From NCBI GenBank assembly GCA_048885925.1, contig JBHLLG010000004.1, forward strand, positions 41,617 through 105,616: DNA of 64,000 bases, given 5' to 3'. Of the stretch, positions 20,580 to 31,423 are shown piece by piece. Origin of the DNA: Candidatus Hermodarchaeota archaeon. GTDB taxonomy: Archaea; Asgardarchaeota; Lokiarchaeia; Sigyniarchaeales; SOKP01. A program made the translations under genes and the position numbers. Within the stretch, counting starts at the first letter, position 1, and each line of letters starts with the position of its first letter. The notes under the pieces were generated by a model. The model had not been told where the DNA came from and ran no database searches. It worked only from the letters and a program-made list of their open reading frames with translations.

Positions 20580-21128
20580 ATGATTTCAGAAAAATTAAAG
20601 CTTGATGATATAGATAGGCAAATTATTTCTCTTGTTCAAGAGGATCCAAACCTGACACACACAGAGATAGCTACTAAAATAAATAGATCGCAACCAACTG
20701 TCGGTATGCGTATAAAGAAGCTGGAAAAAAACGGAATATTGCAATTCCAGCCGGGAATCAATTTTAAGAAAGTTGATTTAAATCTCGCCACAGTTGAGAT
20801 AAATTCTAATAATCCTGAAGAAATTATGGATATGGCTAAACACTGTCCTTTTATGCTCAATGCATTTAAACTCACTGGTGATCATAATGTTTGTATTTTA
20901 CTTGCTAGTTCAAAGCTTCAAAAGCTTGATAATATTGTAAATTACCATTTTCGGAATAATCCTGATATAAGCAGTGTTTCTATGGAAATTGTCCTTGATT
21001 TTGCAAAGGATTTCGTTTTACCAATTGATTTTGATTCGGAAGAACATGATCCAACCTTGGAAAATGGTTGTGGGGAAGCATGTAAATATAAAATTGCCAA
21101 AGCAAAAGGTTTGGTAAAAAATTCTTAA
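20580..21128 (+). CDS. Lrp/AsnC family regulator
   Basis: RSQPTVGMRIKKLE, CPF, tail CGEAC. Confidence 0.9.
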   Translation: MISEKLKLDDIDRQIISLVQEDPNLTHTEIATKINRSQPTVGMRIKKLEKNGILQFQPGINFKKVDLNLATVEINSNNPEEIMDMAKHCPFMLNAFKLTGDHNVCILLASSKLQKLDNIVNYHFRNNPDISSVSMEIVLDFAKDFVLPIDFDSEEHDPTLENGCGEACKYKIAKAKGLVKNS

Positions 21129-21202
21129 GAGTTAATATGTTTTATTAACTTTTTATGATTTTATTTAATTTCCATAATAAAGTAAATTAGAATAAAAAAT
21201 AG

Positions 21203-21778
21203 TTAATCTACTTCTTCCTTATCTTCTTGAGTAAATTTAAATTTTGGAAGATCAGCTTTCATCGAGCAATCTGGCCCACAATATCTTCCATCGAAATTCT
21301 CAATTTGAAAATCTATAGGGACAACAAAATCATGAATTGCTTCAATCAAGATGTTTGTTTTTACATTAATCACATTTTTATCTCTTCGAAAACATAAATC
21401 TACAAGTTTTTCAATAGTTTGTAAGTCTGAAGCAGCGATAAAGCATAGTAGGTTAAACTCCCCAGAAATTTTAAATGCGTGATTGATAAATGGGCAGTTT
21501 TCAATCTTTTTAACGATATTGTCAACATCTTTAGTAGATATGTAAACAATCGCAACTTTTATATCAACTTTCCTTATATTGAAACCTACTTGTTTAGTAA
21601 GCAAATTCTTTCTCTCTAATTTAATAATCCGAGCACCTACAGCTGGTTGAGATTTATCTATTTCTTTAGCAATATCACTATGAGTTATATCTGGATTTTT
21701 TTCAATCATTTCGATGATTTTCTTATCGTCATTGTCTATGCTTAGTAACTCATTAAAATTTTTTTTCTTCATATCCAT
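21203..21778 (-). CDS. Lrp/AsnC family regulator
   Basis: KSQPAVGARIIKLE, CPF, tail CGPDC. Confidence 0.9.
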   Translation of the reverse strand: MDMKKKNFNELLSIDNDDKKIIEMIEKNPDITHSDIAKEIDKSQPAVGARIIKLERKNLLTKQVGFNIRKVDIKVAIVYISTKDVDNIVKKIENCPFINHAFKISGEFNLLCFIAASDLQTIEKLVDLCFRRDKNVINVKTNILIEAIHDFVVPIDFQIENFDGRYCGPDCSMKADLPKFKFTQEDKEEVD

Positions 21779-21936
21779 TATATTTCATAACCTCAAATTA
21801 ATTTAAACTTAGTTTTAATAAATATAAATCTTTATAAAGAGTCCAATTTAAGTAAATAAGAAAACTCATACTATTTATTTTGTTTTATAAATTTCAGATT
21901 TTTACACGACTTTAAGATTAAAACTATTGTATTTAA

Positions 21937-22899
21937 TTACAAAACATTTGTAAAGATGTTAATAATAATTATTATTGTAGAAAATCCAATTAATCCAATT
22001 AAGAATTTCATTGGATTTCCCTTCTCTTTTTCAGGGATGACTTCCCTTACAATAACATATAAAATTACCCCAGAGATGAAAGAATAGAATATAAACAGAA
22101 GTTCTAAATTAACGGGTATAAATGAATTTATTATTAATCCAATTAAAATACCGGTTAGCGCGGAACCACAGGATATGTACATAAGAATCGGTTTTTTCTC
22201 AAGTCTTTTTTCTTCATAGATTTCCAAATCGGTAAATATAAGATGTGCTTCAGATCTTTTTGTAACAACAGTTCTAAAAAAGGCATAGATAAAGAAAAGT
22301 ATGCCTCCAACAAGCTCAATGATTAATAATCCTATTAAAATAATACCAACAAGAAAGTGGTAAATATAGTCTGTTATAAATCTAAATCTCGTTAAATCTT
22401 CATTAACATGGTTTTGAATTTTTATTTTGTAATTGTTTATTTCTATTTTCATTCCTTCTTCTTGTTCATTTAATTCAGATAATGTTCGAGCTATTTCTTT
22501 TAATGCGGGTTCGTCTAAATTTTCGCGTGTTAATTCTTGAGTTAGAATTTTTTCCATATTTCGCTCAACACTTTCTAATACTTTTTCTTTTGCGAGCAAT
22601 TTCCTCATTTTTTTTTGAGTATGTATTTCAACTTTCTGTAGAATAAGCTTTTCACTTAGATGAATAAAAGAAAACCCAATTAGTACAAAGAGATATTCGA
22701 ATAATTTTAATTCGAAAGGAAAAACTGGTAATCTTTCGGCAATTTCAGGAAGGACTATAAGGAAAAAATACGACACTGATATTCCGGCAATTAAAGACGC
22801 ATGTGCTTGAATAAGTTTTTGCTCAAAATAATCTGCGATAAAAAAAAAAATACCAAATACTATAGCAAGAATTGTAACTATTATTAAATTAACACTCAT
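21937..22899 (-). CDS. ZIP-transporter-like membrane protein with coiled-coil insertion
   Basis: AGISVSYFFL..LPE and SGVILYVIVREVIPE ZIP-like ends. Confidence 0.65.
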   Translation of the reverse strand: MSVNLIIVTILAIVFGIFFFIADYFEQKLIQAHASLIAGISVSYFFLIVLPEIAERLPVFPFELKLFEYLFVLIGFSFIHLSEKLILQKVEIHTQKKMRKLLAKEKVLESVERNMEKILTQELTRENLDEPALKEIARTLSELNEQEEGMKIEINNYKIKIQNHVNEDLTRFRFITDYIYHFLVGIILIGLLIIELVGGILFFIYAFFRTVVTKRSEAHLIFTDLEIYEEKRLEKKPILMYISCGSALTGILIGLIINSFIPVNLELLFIFYSFISGVILYVIVREVIPEKEKGNPMKFLIGLIGFSTIIIIINIFTNVL

Positions 22900-23012
22900 T
22901 AATATTGAAAATAGATTTAAAATTTTATAAATGTGTAGTAATAAATTAAATTATAATATTTGTTCTGATTTTAATAAAAATATAGGAAATAAAGTTTCAC
23001 AGGTGTAATTTC

Positions 23013-23888
23013 ATAGAGTTCCTAATAATCACTTCAGCTGAAGATAAAGCGTCAATGAATATACGAAAAAATTTTTTAAACTCTAAATTCTACAATTTCG
23101 AAGATATGAATTTTACCTGGCATAACAATCCAGTCTTTAAATTGAAAACTGATGTTCCTGAAAATAAAATATTTCTTGGGCTTACAGATGATTCTTTGAT
23201 ATTTTTAAATTCTCTAAAGTTAGATGATTCCGAGTTAAATCCAGATTTACTTATTTTTGCTAGTCGCCACACCTCAGAAACAGGTCGACCAGCATTTTTA
23301 GTACATACAACGGGGAATTGGAGCACAGAAGCGGATTTTGGAGGAGATCCTCGTGAATTATCAAAAACAAGCGCATTATTACAGAAAGCGGCAGTTTTTT
23401 CATTTGCTGAACAAGAATTTCCAACACAATTAAAAAATTTCTCTCTTGATATTGAAGTCACACATCATGGACCTACAAATTTGGAGAAACCATTGATATT
23501 TATGGAATTGGGAAGCAGTGAAGTTGAATGGATTATGAATAACGCCGGAGAGTTAATTACAAAATCAATCATTACTACCATATTCAAATATTTAGAATGT
23601 AGGGAAAGAAGGATTGGAAATATCGGATTAGGATTCGGTGGAACTCATTATGCTCCAAATTTTCATCGATTGATTAAAAATAAAGACGTAGCAATGTCAT
23701 TTATTTGTCCTAAATATTATATACAACAATTGGATGAAGAATTAATAAATAAAATGATTAATAATACTCTTGAAAAGGTTGATTATTTCATAATAGATTG
23801 GAAAGGTACTAATTCTGATGATAAGAAATATCTAATACCTCTTTTGGAAAATTTCAAAATCCCGATAAGGAAGACAAAAGAGTTCTAA
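23013..23888 (+). CDS. dtdA: D-aminoacyl-tRNA deacylase (archaeal DtdA/DTD2)
   Basis: FASRH, VHTTGN, EVTHHGP, FMELGS, GGTHYAP; conserved IITS.ED.AS.NI lies upstream of ATG 23055, implying an ATA start at 23013. Confidence 0.9.
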   Translation: MEFLIITSAEDKASMNIRKNFLNSKFYNFEDMNFTWHNNPVFKLKTDVPENKIFLGLTDDSLIFLNSLKLDDSELNPDLLIFASRHTSETGRPAFLVHTTGNWSTEADFGGDPRELSKTSALLQKAAVFSFAEQEFPTQLKNFSLDIEVTHHGPTNLEKPLIFMELGSSEVEWIMNNAGELITKSIITTIFKYLECRERRIGNIGLGFGGTHYAPNFHRLIKNKDVAMSFICPKYYIQQLDEELINKMINNTLEKVDYFIIDWKGTNSDDKKYLIPLLENFKIPIRKTKEF

Positions 23889-23931
23889 ATGTTTAGAATT
23901 AATAAAATTTACCTAGGATTATTTTCTTCTT

Positions 23932-24810
23932 CTACTTCTTTTTCTCTTGTTCTTCCTTAATTTTTTCAAAATATTTTACTAAATTTTTAAAAACATAATT
24001 AGTTGCTGAAAAACCTTGAGTGGCCGTTCTTAGTAGAATTTTCTGAAGAAAATCATAATATGGCACATCCTGATCTAGAGTAACATTTAATTCTCTAATA
24101 TTGAAAAAACTCCTATAAAATAACGTTGGCCAGTCCACTAATGGTTGAAGTACTTGACTATAATGTTTTTTTCCTTCTTTACTTAGCTCTAATTCTTTTT
24201 TTAACTGATAATGATATTCATTTCCTTTTTTATTAATAAATATTATGCCATCAGATTCAATTTCTTTCATAAGATTATTAAAATCAGTTAATTTTATATC
24301 TGAAATGTTCAATTTTTTTAAATTCTCTAGTATTTCGTTGTTTGTCATACCAATTGACTTAATCATTTGATAATGTCTAGCTATTATATTGTATTTCAAT
24401 GGGACGGATTCATGATCTAATTTATTATATTGTATTAGATTGCCTAGGATTTCTTTTGATATTAGATATTTTAAAATAAGTTGATCTTCTTCCGAAAAAT
24501 CCTTTTTGAATAAATCAGAATTAAGATATATACCATATAAAGTTTGTAATAATGTCTTAACTGCATAAAATCCATCAAGTGTTGCTTGTTCAACGATTTT
24601 TAAAACATTAATTCTGTATTCTATATCATTTAAGAATTTATCTTTATCAAGCGGTATTTGACGGACAATATGAGGTTTTTCATTTAAAGGCTGTAAATAT
24701 TCTTCCCATTTTTTTTTTAAACGAGGAGATTGGGTTTTTACGATGGTAGAGAGTTTATATACAACATCTAAAAGTTTATTTAGAAATTCCATTTCAGAAA
24801 CCTGAGTCAT
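23932..24810 (-). CDS. Hypothetical protein with probable winged-helix segment
   Basis: 292-aa ORF; LMKEIESDGII...YQL wing-like segment. Confidence 0.7.
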   Translation of the reverse strand: MTQVSEMEFLNKLLDVVYKLSTIVKTQSPRLKKKWEEYLQPLNEKPHIVRQIPLDKDKFLNDIEYRINVLKIVEQATLDGFYAVKTLLQTLYGIYLNSDLFKKDFSEEDQLILKYLISKEILGNLIQYNKLDHESVPLKYNIIARHYQMIKSIGMTNNEILENLKKLNISDIKLTDFNNLMKEIESDGIIFINKKGNEYHYQLKKELELSKEGKKHYSQVLQPLVDWPTLFYRSFFNIRELNVTLDQDVPYYDFLQKILLRTATQGFSATNYVFKNLVKYFEKIKEEQEKKK

Positions 24811-25156
24811 CCTCTAAATACCTTAACCATATTTCTATTTTTTTAAATTACTAAGAATATTATCATTTATATGTTTTATAAATTTTCAATAAAAACTATA
24901 ATTAATATTAATTTGAATAAACAATTATATTATTGTAGTTATTATAGAAATATTACATAATTTAAACGCCTTTTCCTTAGAAATCTTGATCAATTTTTCG
25001 CAAAATTTTATTATATATTCAATTTACAATATTTACTTTTAATTTTAAAAAATGATATAAATTATATACTAAGATCTTAAATAAATCAATATCTGATTTT
25101 TGTCTTTATATAAATTAGGAAAAAATGAAAATTATATTAGATAAGGATTAGTTAGT

Positions 25157-25555
25157 ATGAATGAAAAAACTTTAGAACATATAGCTATTGCTTCAAATAA
25201 CGAATTTGAATCTGATAAGTTTTTTATTGAATTATTAGGTTTTGAAAAAATTAGAACTTTCACAGTCTCAGCTGAGTTGATAGAAAAATTTTTTGGTATA
25301 AGTAAAGAACATAAAATTTTAAGATATGAAAAAGGATCTCTTAGTTTTGAAGTCTTTATAACTAATGATAAAAGTAGATCAAATGACATTTTTACACATT
25401 CTTGTTTATTAATAGAAAATCGAGATGAGTTTGTTATTAAAGCAAAATCAATGGGATTTGAGGCTATTAAAGTTCCGAGAAAAGATAGCGATAACTATTA
25501 TCTTTTTATTAAAGATAACTTTCATAATCTTTATGAAATAAAGGAAAAGGTATAA
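25157..25555 (+). CDS. VOC/glyoxalase family protein
   Basis: EHIAI...FF..LLG, HSCL, FIKD...NLYEIK. Confidence 0.85.
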   Translation: MNEKTLEHIAIASNNEFESDKFFIELLGFEKIRTFTVSAELIEKFFGISKEHKILRYEKGSLSFEVFITNDKSRSNDIFTHSCLLIENRDEFVIKAKSMGFEAIKVPRKDSDNYYLFIKDNFHNLYEIKEKV

Positions 25556-25566
25556 TTGGATTAATT

Positions 25567-25986
25567 CTATTTATTTAAAATTCCTGAGGTTTTAATTATT
25601 TCCATATGATCAAAAGCTAGTTTCAAAGAAGCAATATTTGATATGGAAATAATTTCTAGAGCAGCAGCATCGTCTTTAGCTTTTGGCTTTTCATTTTTTG
25701 TCAATGGTTCACATAGAAAAGCAATAGTTATGGTGTGACCCCTTGGATCACGTTTAGGGTCTGAAAAAACACCTATAAGTTTAACGATTTTAACATTTAT
25801 ATTAGTTTCTTCTTCTACTTCACGGATACAGGCATCTTCTACTGTTTCTCCAATATCTACAAATCCACCGGGTAAAGCATATTCTCCTTGGAAAGGAGGA
25901 TACTTTCTACGTATTAAAATAATATTATTTTTCTCATATAAAATTACAGCATCAACAGTTAACAAAGGTGTCTTAGGGGGAGGCAT
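25567..25986 (-). CDS. NUDIX hydrolase (ADP-ribose pyrophosphatase-like)
   Basis: PGGFVDIGETVEDACIREVEEET, RDPRGH, LAFDH. Confidence 0.92.
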   Translation of the reverse strand: MPPPKTPLLTVDAVILYEKNNIILIRRKYPPFQGEYALPGGFVDIGETVEDACIREVEEETNINVKIVKLIGVFSDPKRDPRGHTITIAFLCEPLTKNEKPKAKDDAAALEIISISNIASLKLAFDHMEIIKTSGILNK

Positions 25987-26028
25987 ATTATATCCTTTAG
26001 TTAAATAACCTCTTATTACTTTTTAATA

Positions 26029-26850
26029 TTATTCATCCCAGACCTTAGATGCGAGTAAATGTTCAATTCTAGCTTTCCTTGGTCTTATGAATTCTGTATG
26101 ATGTTCTTTACGTTCTAATAATAAACTCTTCTCTAGATTAACAGAATTAACCATATAAACTTCCAAGTCTCCTTCATTCAGATAAATATGATTAAAACTT
26201 GGTGTATCATCTGCGCGAACCTTATTTGATGTAGAAGTGCCACAATAAAGAAAGGTGGTATTGAATGAATTTTTCCAATTTATTACATACGCATGAGGAA
26301 CATGACGATGTCCCATTAATACTAAATCTATTCCAAATACTTGAGTAAATTCTATAATTTCTCCAGCATCACGAACAGTCGTGAATTTTTGGCCAGACAT
26401 TGGAATTGGGATTAAATGATGATGTAGTGCCAGAATTCTATTTTCTAAATTCTTATTAAAACATCTTCCAGCCCAATCCAATTGCTCGTCACCAATCATT
26501 CCCTCACTCATATCATCTCGAGAAGAATTCAGTCCTACTATAATCGTATCTTTATCATCAAGAAGTAATCGTGAACGTCTTGGGCCAATAAATTTTTCAA
26601 AAAAGATTAATCCTGAATTTTTAGAATCATGATTTCCTGGTATTGCTAAAAAGTTAGTAATTTCTTTAATTTTGTCAAGATATGGACGAGCTGCTTGAAA
26701 TTGAACAACTCTACCCTTGTGAACTATATCTCCAGTACAGACAACAACATCAGGTCGAGTTTGTTTAACATATTGAATTACATTCTCAATATACTGTACT
26801 ACAAAATCACTTCCAAAATGTAAATCTGAGATTTGTATTATTTCAATCAA
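26029..26850 (-). CDS. Metallophosphoesterase (Icc/CpdA-like)
   Basis: SDLH, TGD, GNHD, LHHH, GHRH. Confidence 0.9.
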   Translation of the reverse strand: MIEIIQISDLHFGSDFVVQYIENVIQYVKQTRPDVVVCTGDIVHKGRVVQFQAARPYLDKIKEITNFLAIPGNHDSKNSGLIFFEKFIGPRRSRLLLDDKDTIIVGLNSSRDDMSEGMIGDEQLDWAGRCFNKNLENRILALHHHLIPIPMSGQKFTTVRDAGEIIEFTQVFGIDLVLMGHRHVPHAYVINWKNSFNTTFLYCGTSTSNKVRADDTPSFNHIYLNEGDLEVYMVNSVNLEKSLLLERKEHHTEFIRPRKARIEHLLASKVWDE

Positions 26851-27012
26851 TTTCTTACACCCTCTTCATTTAAATTCATAGTCAAAATGAAAGTTTCTAT
26901 TATTTATAAACTAAATTTAATAATAACTATTAAATTTAAAATCTTTTTAGTGCTGAATTTAAAATTAATTAAAACTGAAAAATAAGAATAGATAAATCCA
27001 AATAAAAAAATA

Positions 27013-27159
27013 TTAAGAAGTTTGTAGTAAATTTTTACGTTCATATATTATTTGTTCAAGGTCATTTTTGGTTCGACAACTAGAACAAATACCCTCAACG
27101 TAAATAAAACGATTTGTTCTACATTGAGGACAATAAAACTCTTCATAAATTGCTTTCAT
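27013..27159 (-). CDS. Small zinc-finger protein (48 aa), not in ORF track
   Basis: MKAIYEEFYCPQCRTNRFIYVEGICSSCRTKNDLEQIIYERKNLLQTS: two CxxC knuckles. Confidence 0.6.
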   Translation of the reverse strand: MKAIYEEFYCPQCRTNRFIYVEGICSSCRTKNDLEQIIYERKNLLQTS

Positions 27160-27288
27160 ACTTAATTAGATCAAGAGAGTAAAAAAATTTAAGCTCTTTC
27201 GATATAATATATAAAGAATATATAATCTATATAGAGAAAATTAAAGAATTTTTTAGAAAATTCAAAAAACTTTACGAATGAATATAGA

Positions 27289-30276
27289 TTATCTTTTTCC
27301 TGTTTCCTTTTCCTTTTCAAAAAATCTTTTATAAAAATGATTTATAATATCATTAGTTGGGCCATTTTCCTTATCAATAAATCCTTGACCATAATCGTAT
27401 TTTCCCCCTCCTTTTCCCTTAAAATGAGCAGTCTCTTCCTTAATAAAGTCACCCATATTAAAATTAGTAAGTTTTGCAGCTGTTCGATCAACCATTCCTG
27501 TTACGGCTGTACCTTTATTACTTTCATTAAAGAATAGAGTTATTGTATTATCTGAATATTTCATTACATTGGAGCTAATATTTTGAATATCCTTTTGATC
27601 TAAATTAGTAAAAGTTGCAGTTATTAATTTCGAATTCTTGAAAACTTTACTATCTTTAATTAATTTATCTGCATAGTCTTTACTTAAATATTCTTCAACT
27701 TTTCTTAATTTGTTAATTGCTTCATTCCATTCAGAATAAAATTTTCGTACTTTATTTGGAATACTTTCTTTTTTTGTATTTAAAAATTGAGAAACTTCTG
27801 ACAACACATCACCTTCAAATGTTTCTGAAGAAGTTAAAAGTAAATCTTGCTCATCTACTTTGCCAGATTTAAGTGCTTTATTGACATTTTTCCACTTTTC
27901 AAGTAACTCTTTTACACGTCCTACAAGTTGTTTACGATCAACTTTTAATATACCTTTTAGTTCCTCAAGAATCCTTTTATGTTTTTCTTTTAGCTTATCA
28001 GTGGCGCTCCCTGCGACAAATGTTAACCTAACAATACCATCTTGAATCTTTTGTGATTTTGTAATATGAATATAGCCTGTTTCTGAAGTATTATTTAAAT
28101 GAGTACCTCCACATGCTTCAACATCTACTCCTGGAATATCAACGATTCTTAAGTTCTTACCTGGTACTGCACCACCTTGATATATAGTCATGCCATATTT
28201 TTTTTCTGCTTCTGAACGTGGAATAAAACTTAGATTAAGATCTAATTTTTGTTCTACTATTTTGTTTGCTTTTTTTTCAATTTCAAGAATTTTTTCTTTT
28301 GGAATCTGTTCATAGTGAGTTATATCTAAATGTGAGTTTTTTAAAGTCTTTCGAGCACCTGCTTGATTAACGTGACTACCTAAAACTTCACGAGCGGCAG
28401 CATTAACGATATGTGTGGCAGTGTGATGTTGAGATAGTTGTTGACGCCATTTTTTATCTACCTCTAACTTTACTATATCACCAACTTTAAATGTAGGTTT
28501 GTTATTTAAGACATGTACAACATAATTACCTTGCTTGAACACATCATTGAATTTTTGATTATTTATTTTTCCTACATCATGTAACTGACCACCAGAAGTA
28601 GGATATGCTACAGATTGATCTAAAATAACCATATTATCAAATATTTTCAATACTTTTGCTTCATTAGTAGTTTCGGTATAATCATAATAGTATAGCGATC
28701 TTGTTTCAGGAATATCTTTCAAGTCAAGTTCAATTTCCTTTCCTGTGGCATGAATTTGTTCTAACTTTTCATGTTTTTCAACAACTAAATTATAGAAATT
28801 CTCAGGGATTTTGACTTTTACTCCATATTTTCTAGCTGTTATCTTGACCATATCAGGACTTATACCGTTAGAATCATATAATTCTATCAAAAGATCATTA
28901 GAAATTTCCCCTTTCTCCAATACTTTTTCTAAAATTTTTCCTGCTTTTTCTTTTGTAGCATAAAATTTATCTTTTTCCACATTTAAGATCTCTCTTATTT
29001 CACTTAAATGTTCTGATACTTCAGGAAATAAGTCTTTTAATTCTTCGGCGTGCCATACACATACATCAGCCATATCAATATTCCATTTGAATTTGTCAAT
29101 GTAACTGATTGCTCGCCTAAAAATAACTCTTAAATTATATCCACCTCCTACGTTCGAAGGTAATTTTCCATCATTTATTCCGAAGAGTAAAGTTCTAGCA
29201 TGTTCTGCAATAGAATAAACTGCTGTCATTGGCATAATCTTACTTTTAAGATCTTTTACACCTAGATTTAGTTCAACAGCCACGCGATTCCATGCTTCAT
29301 CCATGTCCTCGACTTCATCAACATTCAAATAAGCAGAATATTTAGAGAATTTATTATATAATTCTAAATCTAATTCTATATTTGTAATCTCTCTTAACTT
29401 TGATAATACAAATGGAAAAATAGCTTCATACATATTTGGAGTTCCTTGAGAAAACCATGCAACACGTTCTTGACCTAAACCCATATCAAGAACTTTGAGT
29501 TTCAATTCTCTTGGTCCATCTGGAGTTTGTTCAAACATTGTATAAACTTGATTAAATAATTCTACACCCCTACTAAAGAATTCAAGACTACAACCGAAAG
29601 ATCCTCCACCTGCCCATGAATCTTCATGGATGGTAATCTCTTCTTTAGCAAGTCCTACTCCTTTATGTATGAAATCGTGTATATCCATGAAAAGTTCACT
29701 TTGATTCCATTCTTCAGGTGTTACAAATGTGTGTTGCCCAATCATTACGAAACCAGTGTTATGGGCCCCTGTTATCCCAACATTTTCGATATCATTAAAT
29801 CTCAAACAAAATTGAGGTATTATTAACTTTTTAGCTGGGGGTTCTACTTCACCAGTTATGACATAAGGTTGAAAGGCTGAAATTGATGCAATAGTGAATT
29901 CCGACGTAGGGTTCCATCTAGCTACACAGGGATACCTTTTAATAGGAACGTAACCCCGAGGTTCTAAAATCTCAACAATTTTCTCCCAAACTCCAATAAA
30001 GGAGAGTTTTACCTCAGAGGGATTATCTATAACGACATTAAAACCTCCTGAACAAGTGGGATCTCCACATACCTTTCGTAGCTTAAGAGTTGTCCAAAAG
30101 AATTTCCCACAGCATTCACAGTTCTTTCTCATATATCCTAGCTCTCGAAGTTCCTTTGTAGGAAAATAAGCGTCAGGATTTTTTGAAGCAATCTTTTTAA
30201 AAATTTGCTTTAACTCTTTATCAGTATGAGCGTTCTTTAGTTCTAACTTTTCTTTTTCTGAGAGCACTTTAATCAA
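27289..30276 (-). CDS. alaS: Alanine--tRNA ligase (archaeal type)
   Basis: ASISAFQP, QFCLRFNDI, DMGLGQER, HHTATH editing site, ACGGTH, GKGGG. Confidence 0.97.
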   Translation of the reverse strand: MIKVLSEKEKLELKNAHTDKELKQIFKKIASKNPDAYFPTKELRELGYMRKNCECCGKFFWTTLKLRKVCGDPTCSGGFNVVIDNPSEVKLSFIGVWEKIVEILEPRGYVPIKRYPCVARWNPTSEFTIASISAFQPYVITGEVEPPAKKLIIPQFCLRFNDIENVGITGAHNTGFVMIGQHTFVTPEEWNQSELFMDIHDFIHKGVGLAKEEITIHEDSWAGGGSFGCSLEFFSRGVELFNQVYTMFEQTPDGPRELKLKVLDMGLGQERVAWFSQGTPNMYEAIFPFVLSKLREITNIELDLELYNKFSKYSAYLNVDEVEDMDEAWNRVAVELNLGVKDLKSKIMPMTAVYSIAEHARTLLFGINDGKLPSNVGGGYNLRVIFRRAISYIDKFKWNIDMADVCVWHAEELKDLFPEVSEHLSEIREILNVEKDKFYATKEKAGKILEKVLEKGEISNDLLIELYDSNGISPDMVKITARKYGVKVKIPENFYNLVVEKHEKLEQIHATGKEIELDLKDIPETRSLYYYDYTETTNEAKVLKIFDNMVILDQSVAYPTSGGQLHDVGKINNQKFNDVFKQGNYVVHVLNNKPTFKVGDIVKLEVDKKWRQQLSQHHTATHIVNAAAREVLGSHVNQAGARKTLKNSHLDITHYEQIPKEKILEIEKKANKIVEQKLDLNLSFIPRSEAEKKYGMTIYQGGAVPGKNLRIVDIPGVDVEACGGTHLNNTSETGYIHITKSQKIQDGIVRLTFVAGSATDKLKEKHKRILEELKGILKVDRKQLVGRVKELLEKWKNVNKALKSGKVDEQDLLLTSSETFEGDVLSEVSQFLNTKKESIPNKVRKFYSEWNEAINKLRKVEEYLSKDYADKLIKDSKVFKNSKLITATFTNLDQKDIQNISSNVMKYSDNTITLFFNESNKGTAVTGMVDRTAAKLTNFNMGDFIKEETAHFKGKGGGKYDYGQGFIDKENGPTNDIINHFYKRFFEKEKETGKR

Positions 30277-30510
30277 ATTATGATAATCAATACTACATTA
30301 TAAAATAATTAAGAAAATTATAATTCTCGTATAATAATTTCAATAAAAATTTCATTTCTTAACAATTTTACTATAAATTATCTTAATAAAGCCTCTAATA
30401 AAAAAATGAACCGTTATCTATATTACTCTACTGATAAAGCTTTTAAACTATTGAATTAATGTTTACATACAAAATATCTAATTTTGAATTATAAATAAGG
30501 TAGAAATCAA

Positions 30511-30813
30511 ATGGCTCATATGTTAGTTACAGCTTGGTATCCACCAAATAAGGCGCAAGAATTACTGAAGGTCTATATGTCTAAAGATAAACCAAAATAC
30601 CCTGATTTCGTAAAGAAAATTCATCACTGGACTGTAGTCGCATCAGATGGGCATTATAAAACGTATGCTGTTTATGAATACCCAGATGATAAAATGAAGG
30701 AAACATTTAAGGCAATTGGAAAGAGATACACTTTATATGCAACAGTGGAAGGTTACAGATACTATCCTGAATTACTAATGGATGCTGAAGAAATGATTAA
30801 GATTTTTCTTTAA
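30511..30813 (+). CDS. Hypothetical small alpha/beta protein
   Basis: 100-aa ORF with VTAWYP start; possible dimeric alpha-beta barrel. Confidence 0.7.
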   Translation: MAHMLVTAWYPPNKAQELLKVYMSKDKPKYPDFVKKIHHWTVVASDGHYKTYAVYEYPDDKMKETFKAIGKRYTLYATVEGYRYYPELLMDAEEMIKIFL

Positions 30814-30880
30814 AATTAATAAATTATTCTTTAATTAAACATTAAATTTTTTTTTATGTTTTAAGTAAAATCGGATATCT

Positions 30881-31423
30881 TCAGAAAATACTCGATTTAA
30901 ATTTATTATCAATATTATTTAGATTTATATTTTCGATAAAGTCAATCTCACCAGAATTCTTTAATGTTAGCACTGTGTTTGGTTTAATTACATATTTCGA
31001 AATCTCAATACTCGTAAATAAATTTGGTAAAATATCTATAATTTTATTCCCATAAATCATATTCCATTCATAAAATCTCAAAAATATTATATTGGTTAGA
31101 AATTTTAATCCTTTTTCTCTTGATTCGATTGGTTTTTCTCGGTCTAAAAAATAGAATTTATAATCTGAGGATGGAAATATGTAAATTCCATGTACTCTCT
31201 TATCTATTTTATAAGTTTCTTTTGCTTTAAATACCTGTAATGAAATAATTACATTCTTATTCCTTTCGTCAAAGAGCTTTCCATCTTCTTCTACAAATAT
31301 AATACAATCATTTTTAAGGGCAATATAATGCTTTCGAGAGGTATCATCAGTAATTTTTTGAACGAGGAGATCATAATATGAACTATATATTTTATTATTA
31401 TAGACAATTTCAATATCATTCAT
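30881..31423 (-). CDS. Hypothetical protein
   Basis: 180-aa ORF, no recognised motif. Confidence 0.55.
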   Translation of the reverse strand: MNDIEIVYNNKIYSSYYDLLVQKITDDTSRKHYIALKNDCIIFVEEDGKLFDERNKNVIISLQVFKAKETYKIDKRVHGIYIFPSSDYKFYFLDREKPIESREKGLKFLTNIIFLRFYEWNMIYGNKIIDILPNLFTSIEISKYVIKPNTVLTLKNSGEIDFIENINLNNIDNKFKSSIF

